A stretch of 64,000 bases of DNA from Octopus sinensis. Its lineage: Eukaryota. The stretch spans positions 40,796,001-40,860,000 of the forward strand of contig NC_043001.1 in NCBI RefSeq assembly GCF_006345805.1, in the 5' to 3' direction. A program made the translations under genes and the position numbers. Shown piece by piece: positions 1 through 10,518 of this stretch; within the stretch, counting starts at the first letter, position 1, and each line of letters begins with the position of its first letter. Below the pieces are notes generated by a model. That model did not search any database and was not told the DNA's origin. It saw nothing but the letters and a program-made list of their open reading frames with translations.

Positions 1-224
1 AAAATATGTATGGAAGTGAATGGGCCTATGAATCATTCATACTTTACAGAAGAGAATTGATTTCAATCAGAAGTTACTAAAGCCAAGTTAAGACATGGCT
101 ACGAGATTATTTAACCTATATAAGTAATCTTAAAATTATTCCCTCAATTTCTGCTTATTTTTGTAACAGCAGTTTAAATTAATGCAGTTAGATATATGTC
201 CTATTTCTAAACTAATTTGTTATC

Positions 225-426
225 TTTTATCTTTTGTTTGTTTCAGTTGTTGTACTGTGGGTATGCAGGGTTTAGTCGAACAAGTCAACCCTGGTTCTTA
301 TTTTTTGAACTCTGATACTTGTTCTGTTTGGTCCATTTTGCTGAAACTGCAAAGTTAATAGGACATAAACAAACCACCACCAGTTCTCAAGCAGCTGGGC
401 TGGGACAAACACAAAGACATGCACGC

Positions 427-457
<31 letters not shown>

Positions 458-520
458 ACAGCTTTTTACAGTTTCTGTCCACCAAATTCACTCACAAGGC
501 ATTGTTAAAAATGTATAAAT
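225..520 (-). mobile_element. tRNA-derived SINE fragment (family C, CORE-like, internal (TG)n)
   Basis: Matches the fuller copy at 8040-8452 in blocks (ttttatcttttg..gtttcagt; ctggttcttatt; ccaaattcactcacaaggcattg) with the same internal (CA)n tract. Confidence 0.65.
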
Positions 521-789
521 AAAATTAGAAATTTCCAGCCAGCCAAACATTTAAGTAGTTTTTGGTTATGACCTTATCGAGGTGTTTTTTTTTTTTATTA
601 CTATACAATTCTTGGCAATTTTTTTTCCCTCCATCTTCCTTTTCTCTTGGACTTTCCTCTGTCCTGTTTCCGAAGAAGAGCTTTGCCTGTAAAACAACCT
701 TTTTTTCCTTCCCTGGGCATCTGTTAATACTTTGCATGTACCATGTCCTCGCATTGTTGCTTTTTTCTTCATTTTTTTGGATTAATTTC

Positions 790-820
<31 letters not shown>

Positions 821-841
821 TACATACACACATACGTATAT

Positions 842-1385
842 ACATTGGTGGAATGTACCAGTGAAGACCTCAATAAAATGTAAGCACAACATACCTGATA
901 TAATGATTTGGGATAGAGAAAACAAACAGTGCACATTTGTGGAAATTAGCTGCCCAGCAGATGTTAAGATCAGTGGAAAAGAGAACTATTAAGAAATCTG
1001 CAGTTACTCTATCCAGATTACAAGTTCAGGTTTATACCTGTACTTATTGAGGCCCTGAGATATGTAACACACTGCCTAAATACCAATCTTGAGAAATTAG
1101 GCTTCTCAAAATCAGAACGGAGAAAACTAGTTTGAAGACTACAGTTCCAATCCATCACTGGAACAGTAAAAATCTGTAAAACTTTCCAGAAGTTTATCAT
1201 TTAAATATATGTGAGCATGTCTATATATGTAACTATATGCATTAGAATACATACATAAAACATACATACATACAAACAAAAATACCCTGTTCTTGATGTT
1301 GAAATTCCAATGAAGGAACCTTGGATCTAGGTTAGAAACCAGTTCTTTCTCTATTGGCAAGAAATCTTGAAATAAACTGAATAAT
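842..1385 (+). mobile_element. 5'-truncated non-LTR retrotransposon with restriction-like endonuclease (R4/Dong-like), decayed
   Basis: Plus strand from 846 reads WWNVPVKTSIKCKHNIPDIMIWDRENKQCTFVEISCPADVK (PD..D..E RLE-type motif). After a frameshift it reads LLRNLQLLYPDYKFRFIPVLIEALRYVTHCLNTNLEKLGFSKSERRKLV*RLQFQSITGTVKICKTFQKFII* (stop ~1203), typical of the R4-clade C-terminus. An AATAAA follows in the 3' UTR, and both flanks are TA/CA microsatellite. Confidence 0.75.
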
Positions 1386-1398
1386 GACTGACTGACTG

Positions 1399-1452
<54 letters not shown>

Positions 1453-2399
1453 GAGGTTGCAAAGAACAAACACAAGTGAAACTATATAACTATATAATCA
1501 AATGGTATAAATAAAATAAAACACTTCTGGATTTATGAAAATGTAAAAGATGGGGTGGGGGAAAGTTATGTGAAAAATGACTATTTTAAAAGCATGAAAT
1601 TGAAGATTACATTGAAATTTCCTTGTTTTAAATCATACAATTCCATTAACAGTTGAAATGTGAGCAGAAGGATTTAGGAATAAACTGAACAAAGTATGCT
1701 TAATAGTCAACCTTGTGATATTTACAAGATCTGTGATGTTAAATACTGCTAATGATCAAATAACAAAGCCTATAATCTTTTATTCTCTAATGTTGCAAAT
1801 TTCCTTTTTAGAATTGAATGCATAATAGCCAGTGTCATCAGAGGAAATGGTCAGTTATTGAACAGAATTAAATTGTTACTAATTTTTTATGTATGGTACA
1901 TGTTGAAATTTTCTTGTATATAATACATGTCCATATAATTGTATTGTTGAAACATTATTTAACTATAGTACTACTGACATTATCTGGTATGGTTACAACA
2001 AAAAAAAAAAGTCAAATTTACAAAACTTAACCTCACAATAAATTTGGAACATTGAGAATATGCAAATATAAGTGAAGTATTGCAGACTGAAATATATTAG
2101 CTGAAGGAACAAATGCTGAAAAGTACAGGCAATTTAAGATCTAGTTAAACTGATTCACAAAATCAGCCCCCTTTAATTTTTGCTCAGATTGCTTTCAATT
2201 TTGCTGTATCGATGCAACTCTGAATTTTGATTATGATCAACCAATTACTTTACCTCGTAAATTAAAGAACCTGATGTTATTTGGAATTAAAGTTGGGAGA
2301 TTTGGATAATTTTAGCCAATCAATAGACAGTGAGACATTAACAGCTTGTTACCATGACAACTGCATATTGTGTTGTGTTTCACTTCACCCTCCTCTGTG

Positions 2400-2640
2400 C
2401 CACACATGTGTGTGTGTGTATGTATGTATGCATGTATGTGGGTGTTGTGTGTGAGGAGAGGTATATGTGCGTTCATGTGTGTGCATGCATGTGCATGTTG
2501 TATATGTGTGTGCATGTATGTGTTATGTGTGTGTGAGGGGTATATATGTGTATTTGCATGTGTGCATATGTGTATGTGTGTGTATATGTATGCATGTTGG
2601 TATCTTGCGTGTGTCTGTGTTTTATGTGTGGGATCTAGTT
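2400..2640. repeat. Degenerate (TG)/(TATG) compound microsatellite
   Basis: Directly visible; produces the V/C/M/Y-rich pseudo-ORFs in the track. Confidence 0.9.
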
Positions 2641-3149
2641 AAATCGATTCACATGTACATATAAACTTATATATGAATACATCCATCCACATGCACTTAT
2701 ATATCAATGATGTACATGACAGATATACATAATACTGAAATACGCATAAAGTAAATACAGGTAACAAGTCATTTCACTAAACTATAAATTTATCAGGGTA
2801 CAACCTTAAAGTTGACACGACTAAAAATACTCAGTTTTTTCGATTTTTAAACCTCTGCAACTTTTTCCTCGAATTTTTCTCCACAAGGTCATGGATTCAC
2901 AGCTATAAAAGTGGAAAACTACATCAATATAACTGATTCTCAGACTTTTTACTTCCTTTTAAAAAATGCAGATTCTGTGAATCAATTTAACTAGATCCAC
3001 GATCTATTTTTATATTGCAATGAATATTGACATCAGCCAGAAGATAAAATTTTATCCTTAATCTTGAGAAATAAAGACCCTATCTAATGACTGATAAATA
3101 CTATTACACTATTATTTTTGTTGTTTAGTTCTAATTTAGTACTGATTTA

Positions 3150-3300
3150 GCAGATCTATGGTCAAAGGCATTCCAACATGTGACCATCTTGTCTGACTTT
3201 TTTGTGTATCAGAGATTACATTGTTGAAAGTGTCTTTTTTTTTTTTGGAAGCTGTGATTAGAGGAAGATTTAGTTGCTTTTCCTAACTGGTTGAACTGAT
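3150..3300 (-). repeat. Copy of abundant short interspersed repeat (family D: ctagaaatagcagccaaatctc...ggtcatggctggaatg...gatcatagg)
   Basis: Related degenerate copies at about 6195-6330, 9855-9915, 10140-10260, 14570-14755, 23170-23330, 27810-28030, 50290-50396, 51450-51640, 57180-57390 and 63640-63830. Class (MITE or SINE) not determinable by eye. Confidence 0.6.
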
Positions 3301-4194
3301 TGAATTTAAAAAGGATATGATAAAATGGGTGAATTTAAAAAGGCTCTGAATAACAATCAATCCTACCCACCAAACAATTTAATGGAAATGAATCCTCAGT
3401 GTACAATGCGGTGTATATTATTGATTTACTAAAATGAGTTGTTCATAATGAAAGTAAAACCCACTAAAATAATACTCATTATCACTTTATTCAGAAGTTT
3501 TGGAATTTCTGAGTAATAACAGAGTATTTTACAGAGTTTTATTTTGTTCCATAATATTTTGTGGGGAAAATTATGTTCTGATTCATTTCACTTGTTCATC
3601 CTTCTGAAGTTAATAAAGTATCAGTACCTCTCCAGAAATGAGTTTTCATCAAAAGAAATTTTATTATCATACTTGTCATTATTGTAGAGTAAAGAGGTAA
3701 GATCTTGACTAGGTAAAACTGTGACCTGATTTCAAAATTTGTTTGGAATAATCTTACTTTCATTATGCCAACAATACTCTTGTGATAAGCATATCCTATA
3801 ATTCCTTCTCTGTAAATATGGAAGTGTTTGAAGAAATCATTGTTATTGAACAACATATGACTGTAGAAAATTTAGGATTAGCTGACACTAAAATTTGTTT
3901 TTGATTCTTAGCTACAACTGTTTCTTTTAGAAAGGAAAAGTGATCGTTTCCTGTCTTGTAAATTCAACAAATGAATCATCTTTTGATGTATTAGAAAAAT
4001 GTTAAGCACTCTTATGAAAATGCCCATTTTTTTCTTTTCTTTAAAAACAATTTATATTTTTATTACATAATTTATATTATTGTTAAAATTTTTTATTATC
4101 ATTTTAGGCAGAGAGCTGAGATTCAAATTACAGTATATTGCTGAATATCATGTGTCTGAGTCAAAAGCCAGCTACCATCAACTATGCTAGTCAT

Positions 4195-4385
4195 AAGGCA
4201 GCAAGTTGGTAGAAACTTTAGCACGCCAGGCGAAATACTTAGTGGTATTTTGTCTCTCCTTACATTCCAAGTTCAAATTCCACCAAGGTCAACTTTGCCT
4301 TTCATCCTCTCAGGGTCAATAAATTAAGTACCAGTTGCATACTGGGGTCGATCTAATTGACTGGCTCCCTCCCCCAAAATTCCTT
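4195..4385 (+). mobile_element. tRNA-derived SINE (family A: aaggcggcgagctggcagaa head)
   Basis: A-box-like tggtagaaactttagc and B-box-like aagttcaaattcc, followed by the conserved ctttgcctttcatcct..ggggtc..taagtaccagt body shared with more than 10 other copies in the window. Confidence 0.85.
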
Positions 4386-4440
4386 CAAGATTGATAAACT
4401 AAGTTGAATTTGCAACTTCAGCCCCAGAACAGCTCAAGTC

Positions 4441-5534
4441 ATTAATAACACTAGCATTTATTTATAGTCTAGGTCCAAAGTAAAGTCTTGAGACTAGCAG
4501 AATCACTGACCTTACTAGAAGAAAGAACAGATTTCTGTTTCCAAGATATATATTTCATAATCAAGGTCTGTAGATAAGATATTTTTATAACATCGTACTC
4601 TACTGAATAGCTCCTTTAATTCAGCCTTAACAAGAAGGCATGAATGACTCAAGTAGGTGTGGTTTGAGCTTCCGTTCATAGTTACAGAAACAAAAATATA
4701 ACTTATTTAACATTCTTTCATGCAAAAAATAAAAATACTAATAATAATAACAAAAAAAAGAGAGAGAGTAGAAATGAAATAGCAAAGTTAAAATAATAAG
4801 AAAATTAATAACACTAGCATTTATTTATAGTCTAGGTCCAAAGTAAAGTCTTGAGACTAGCAGAATCACTGACCTTACTAGAAGAAAGAACAGATTTCTG
4901 TTTCCAAGATATATATTTCATAATCAAGGTCTGTAGATAAGATATTTTTATAACATCGTACTCTACTGAATAGCTCCTTTAATTCAGCCTTAACAAGAAG
5001 GCATGAATGACTCAAGTAGGTGTGGTTTGAGCTTCCGTTCATAGTTACAGAAACAAAAATATAACTTATTTAACATTCTTTCATGCAAAAAATAAAAATA
5101 CTAATAATAATAACAAAAAAAAGAGAGAGAGTAGAAATGAAATAGCAAAGTTAAAATAATAAGAAAATTAATAACACTAGCATTTATTTATAGTCTAGGT
5201 CCAAAGTAAAGTCTTGAGACTAGCAGAATCACTGACCTTACTAGAAGAAAGAACAGATTTCTGTTTCCAAGATATATATTTCATAATCAAGGTCTGTAGA
5301 TAAGATATTTTTATAACATCGTACTCTACTGAATAGCTCCTTTAATTCAGCCTTAACAAGAAGGCATGAATGACTCAAGTAGGTGTGGTTTGAGCTTCCG
5401 TTCATAGTTACAGAAACAAAAATATAACTTATTTAACATTCTTTCATGCAAAAAATAAAAATACTAATAATAATAACAAAAAAAAGAGAGAGAGTAGAAA
5501 TGAAATAGCAAAGTTAAAATAATAAGAAAATTAA
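4441..5534. repeat. Tandem triplication of a 363-bp unique-sequence unit
   Basis: Unit start attaataacactagc at 4441, 4804 and 5167; array ends at attaa 5530-5534. No differences between copies seen on reading. Confidence 0.95.
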
Positions 5535-7114
5535 GAGAACATAAAAAAGAGGGGGTAAAAAATAGGTTTCGTATTCTATGTAAATAATACATTGTAAAAC
5601 ATTAAAGGTACAAAACCTCTAGAAGTTTTCACTAGTAGTATTTTTATTCTATTCATATCCTTAAATTCACTCAGCTGTGTAAAATAACAATACTGAATCG
5701 ATGTCTAGCAAGCTTTCCCATTGTGTACTAAATTATTTAATTTGCATTGAACATTGTAGAGGAAAGTTTCTTGTGCGCCACGTTTTCAACCTGGTTTTCA
5801 TCCTTAATCGGAGACAATCCACCTGACTTGTATCATTAATGTGTACAATGTTCATAATAATATGAACATTGCACACTCATAGTTCTCATCTTATATAAAT
5901 CCGAGGTCCTTTTATGCAGTTTAAGAAGTCAATATAATCTAAATGTTCTTGAAGTTAATTTCTTATATTGACTTAAACCCACTAACTTGTAGAGGTGGAA
6001 GGAATATAGCTGAATTTAATCAGCTAGTATATGACTGCTGTATATTTTATTGATCCTAAAACAGGTTAAAAAAACTTGTGGTTTAAACTCAGAATGTATG
6101 GAATATAATTAAACACTAAAAGGCATTACTGTGGTGCACTGCTATTTCTACAACTTCATTCACTGTCACCTATATGATCATGATGAGCCAATGGGGCATA
6201 ATCATTTGACCAGCTAGAAATAGCAGCCATATCTTCCTCAAGTTGTACTTTATCATTAGAAAAAAAAGAATACATTGGATAATGTAGTCAATGACATAAA
6301 AAGATAGGAAGATTATGGCTGGAATGCTCTAATGCTGAGTGGTGGTAGTATGTGTGTATGGAGGGTTAACAACAGCAGCAATATCTAGACAAGTTGAGTA
6401 TATTCAATTTTCCCATGCAAAAAAAGTAAACAAATAAAAAAAAAGACTTCTTAAGAGAGGAATAAAAGTTAAGTTAAATTTGATAAACCAATTTCTCATG
6501 AGGGAAAAAAATATTATTCAAACATCAAATACTTGTTTTTCTACATGCTTTTACATAATCAATAGAATTCACCATAGAATGATAAGCCTTATTGTTTTTA
6601 GAGATTTCAGGGAAAAGGTTTACATTATGATGTTTGTGCTCTTCCCAAAGATATTAATGCAATAATATATTTTTGTTGCTCCCCTATCAACCACTGGGCA
6701 TGTAAAAAAAATTTCCTTTATCAGTATAGATGAAGGAATATTTATGATTTTAGGTCAACTTTGTCAGAAAAGGTCAAAGAAAGGAAACATATAATTACAT
6801 ATAATTTATATGAGTGATTAGTAATAAGAAAGATTATAAATACATTATTTTTGTTTTCAATGTCTCAGAAAATTATGATGGTATGGTGATTTCACTTTTA
6901 CAATACTGGTATCAATGTTTGCAAGTAACATCCATCTAGCCACATTATAGAAATAAAATTATTTTCATCTTTATAACTTAACTGTATTATTCTATATTTC
7001 AAAAGGCTGAAGAGTTCATCATACGCATTATTATTATTAGTTTTGTGACCTTTAGTCTATGTTACAAATTATTATTATCCTCTTTTAAAAATCCATTTCT
7101 TTATCATACTGGCT

Positions 7115-7350
7115 TGAATTTGACAAGTCTGATGAATGGCACACAGTTCATTCTGTATGATTTTGTGTCATCTTATCTGTGAAGCACAGTATCATTGGAG
7201 TTTCCCCATCTCCAGAAAGTGTTGTCCAAATACTTTGTATGCCCATTCTACCAAAGCTGTAGCAATTAATATTTCTAATGCCTTTTGCCTACTTTTTTCA
7301 TCTCTCACAATCAATTTACTGTTGTACATCAATATTTTATTGTGAGTCAG
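7115..7350 (-). mobile_element. Ancient LINE 3' remnant (RTE-like), inverted partner of 8455-8750
   Basis: Reverse-complement matches to 8455-8750, including perfect 24-bp and 28-bp blocks. Family assignment comes from the partner's translation. Confidence 0.45.
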
Positions 7351-8039
7351 CATATCAACAAAAGGTAGTGTATCATATGGTAATTACTATAAACATAACC
7401 AATATCATCTCAATGTGAATAAGTTAACTTAACATTATCCACAACTGGGACTTTTCTTAAATTCTTGTTTAATTCCAACTTCTTAGTATTAAGTGAATAA
7501 GATACAGACAGCCAAAATATTCTTGGATAGAATACCAGTTTATCCCAGGTGATATTTTAGATGATCTAATATCTATTCCTGGCAAACAAGTGGGTTTACA
7601 TATGTAGATTAAGTGTTCTTTTCTGAATACATAATATTGTGAATTTGAAAGGAAGGACATTGATTTAGTAGTGAAATATAATTACTACCAACACAAATAT
7701 TTAATTTCTACAAATACAGATTGCAGATATGACAACAAATGTTACACATCTTATGAAGGTGGCAGAGAAGGAATTTTACTAAATATAAATAAAATTTTAA
7801 TTCTGTGACTTAGTATGTGATCACTGTTAGCATCAATGAAAACTATGTGTGTGTAGACCAAATTAGTACTCTTACAGTCATTACAAAATATATATGATAT
7901 TAAAAAATAATAACAAAATGGAATTCAATACATGTATATATTTTAAAAATGGCTAGTGTCTCAGCAATTGGTATAATTCACACACAGGCTCACAAAAAAT
8001 TGCTTACCAAACAAGTACAACTTAAGAGGGGGAGGCCTT

Positions 8040-8452
8040 ATCATTTATCTTTTACTTGTTTCAGTCATTAGACTGCACGGCCATGCTGGGGTACCACCTT
8101 GAAGAATTTTTAGTCAAATGAACTGACTCCAGCACTTTGTTTTTTTGAAAACCTGGTACTTATTCTATTGATCTATTTGCCAAACCATTAAGTTACGGGG
8201 ACGTAAACACACCAACACTGGTTGTCAAGCAGCAGTGAAGGACATAAACAGACACAAACACACATGCATATACAAACACACATGCATATACATACACAAT
8301 GGGCTTCTTTCAGTTTCCATCTACCAAATCCATTCAAAAGGTATTGGTTGGCCTGAGGATATAGTAGAAAACACTCGCTCAAGGTGCCATGCAGTGGGAC
8401 TGAACCTAGAACTATGTGGTTAGGAAGCAAGCTTCTTATCACACAGCCATGC
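8040..8452 (-). mobile_element. Near full-length tRNA-derived SINE (family C)
   Basis: Minus strand has a tRNA-like head with B-box ggttcagtcc, a CORE-like caccttgagcgagtg segment, a (TG)n tract, and a 3' tail ggtggtaccccagcatggcc..gcagtctaatgactgaaacaagtaaaagataaa. Confidence 0.85.
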
Positions 8453-8454
8453 TA

Positions 8455-8750
8455 AGTTGAATTAAAATACAGATGTGCAGCAGAAAAATTGACTGTAAGA
8501 GAGGAAAGAAGAAAGCTTTTAGACATATTAGTTGCTGCATGCATATGAGCAGCTTTGGTGGAAATGGGCACATAAGGTATTTGAACAACATTTTCTGGAA
8601 ATGGAGAAGTGCTGTATTCTGATAGTGGAAGTACCTGTTGAAGCGGAAGACCAAAGAAAATCCCAATGATACTGTGCTTCACAGATAAGATAACACAAAA
8701 ATCATATAGAATGATAGCGTGCCATTCATCAGACTTGTCAAACCTGACTG
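8455..8750 (+). mobile_element. Ancient LINE 3' remnant (RTE-like C-terminus)
   Basis: Frameshifted translation gives GHIRY...GRPKKI.NDTV, resembling the RTE C-terminal WFGHVxR...RGRPKxxWxDxV signature. Heavily decayed. Confidence 0.45.
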
Positions 8751-9914
8751 AATGATGAGAAAGGAAAAAAAAAAACAGAAAGAAATGTCAGAAACGGTCT
8801 CAAGCATGTTGATGTTAAATGTGTTAAAGCGGGCTACATGGAACACATACACACACACACACAGACATGCATGCACACTCACACACACACATATGCACAC
8901 ACACACACACACACATGTAGCTTGTGTTTATTATTTTGTTGGGGTTTTGTGTTAGAATCTAAAGAGGCTGAAATGGAAATATAGTTTAAATAACTTGACT
9001 ATAATCACACAAGATCTAAACTGATACAAGATAGTTTTGAAAAACAGAGTAGGTTTAAATTATATCATTTATTTTCATTTTACGTAAACGGGTCAAAAAA
9101 TTTCTATTTTTGGAAGCTTGAAAATATTTGTAAAATTTTAAAACGTCTCCAAGAATTTCAGGAAGGCACATGCATGTGTGTGTGTGCAAGAATGCATAGT
9201 TTAGAGGAAGTAGTTTTTTTAAACTTTTAGATAAACACAGCCTTTGTAATTGGGTTGATGGCAGAATAACATAATATAAACAAGTGATCTATAGAATACA
9301 GATTTTTGGACTTGGTTAAAAGGTCGAGAAACCATCAAAATAAAGAAAAAAATTGAAGATGCTTATAGTTTTTAAACCCAATTTCTTTGCCATGTTATTT
9401 CTCTCTACCTCTCAGAGACAGAGACAGAGACAGAGAAGGACAAACAGTATGCAGAACAACTGTGATAATTATCTCTGAGAGAAGTGAGGGAGTTTCAAGT
9501 GAGGACTCTTCAGTAGTTCTGTATGGTGTTAGTTCAGTCCAACCAAGATAAAGAGACTGAACTATAAGAACATGAAACTAAATGAAGCAGTAAGCCATGA
9601 GAAGGAAAAGTACTCAGCCACAAATACAAGAATAATTAGGTCCATATGTAGCTAGATATAATTCTGGTCCATCAGTATTTGTCACATTTGAACTTTTATC
9701 TCCTTTTATTGGTGCATTTATTTATTTTTTTTCATTTGGCAATGATAGAATAGAGTTTAGGATATAGTTATCAGTAAAAGCAAATAAAAGTTATGGTTAA
9801 CAGCATCAAGAATTACCACCACCAACAACAACAACAACAACAAGCCAAGGAAGGTGCATCTATATGACTGTTCAACCTGCTAGAAATAACAACCAAATCT
9901 CTTTCAAACTACAT

Positions 9915-10078
9915 CACTTAACATGGATGTTCTACTAGAACAAGCTATACTGCAGTAGTTACCATGAGAGAAACTCTCATATTGGCTTTTTGATGCAAAA
10001 TGCACTCTTGTTTATATGACTAGGGGAGATTAACTACTGCAGCAAACTTTGTTCTAATAGAACATCCATGTTTAAGTG
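9915..10078. mobile_element. Short MITE / foldback with ~46-bp terminal inverted repeats
   Basis: cacttaacatggatgttctactagaacaagctatactgcagtagtt versus aactactgcagcaaactttgttctaatagaacatccatgtttaagtg. TTAA lies at both ends (9918-9921, 10072-10075), and the element interrupts a family D repeat. Confidence 0.7.
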
Positions 10079-10307
10079 GAGATAAGTATTACCTCTTGGT
10101 ATTAATAATACTGCCTTTGTTGCTAATATATATTTCATAGTGTAGTCCTAGATGTGCTATATTAAGGAAAAAAAAAAGACTGGGTGGTCAAAACTGGAAT
10201 GTCTGAGATCATAGGTCTACTCAGTTAGTGTGAACCTAAGTAACAAGAACAGGTTAATAACTATCATCTTCTAATGAGATCATGAATTTTAAACTAAATA
10301 ATATCAC

Positions 10308-10518
10308 TTAACTCTTAACACTTATCTGGCTCAAATATTCTACTTGTTTTATGTCCAAACTGTCAAGATCTGGCCTCTTGCACATACCCTACAATGTCAT
10401 TCTAAAGATATACAATCAAATCATTGAAATCTCAAAGCTATGATATTGCATGATTAATTCAAAACAATATGAATAAGTATTAAATTTGACAGAGTAAATC
10501 TGAATGCTAAAGGGTTAA
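10308..10518. mobile_element. piggyBac-type MITE, degenerate left end
   Basis: Right end aatgctaaaggg|ttaa (TTAA 10515-10518); left end ttaa|ctcttaacactt is a decayed match. Confidence 0.5.

Noticed and set aside
2755-3060. Tc1-like MITE
   Set aside because: tacagg/cagggt-like start seen, but no matching terminal inverted repeat found.
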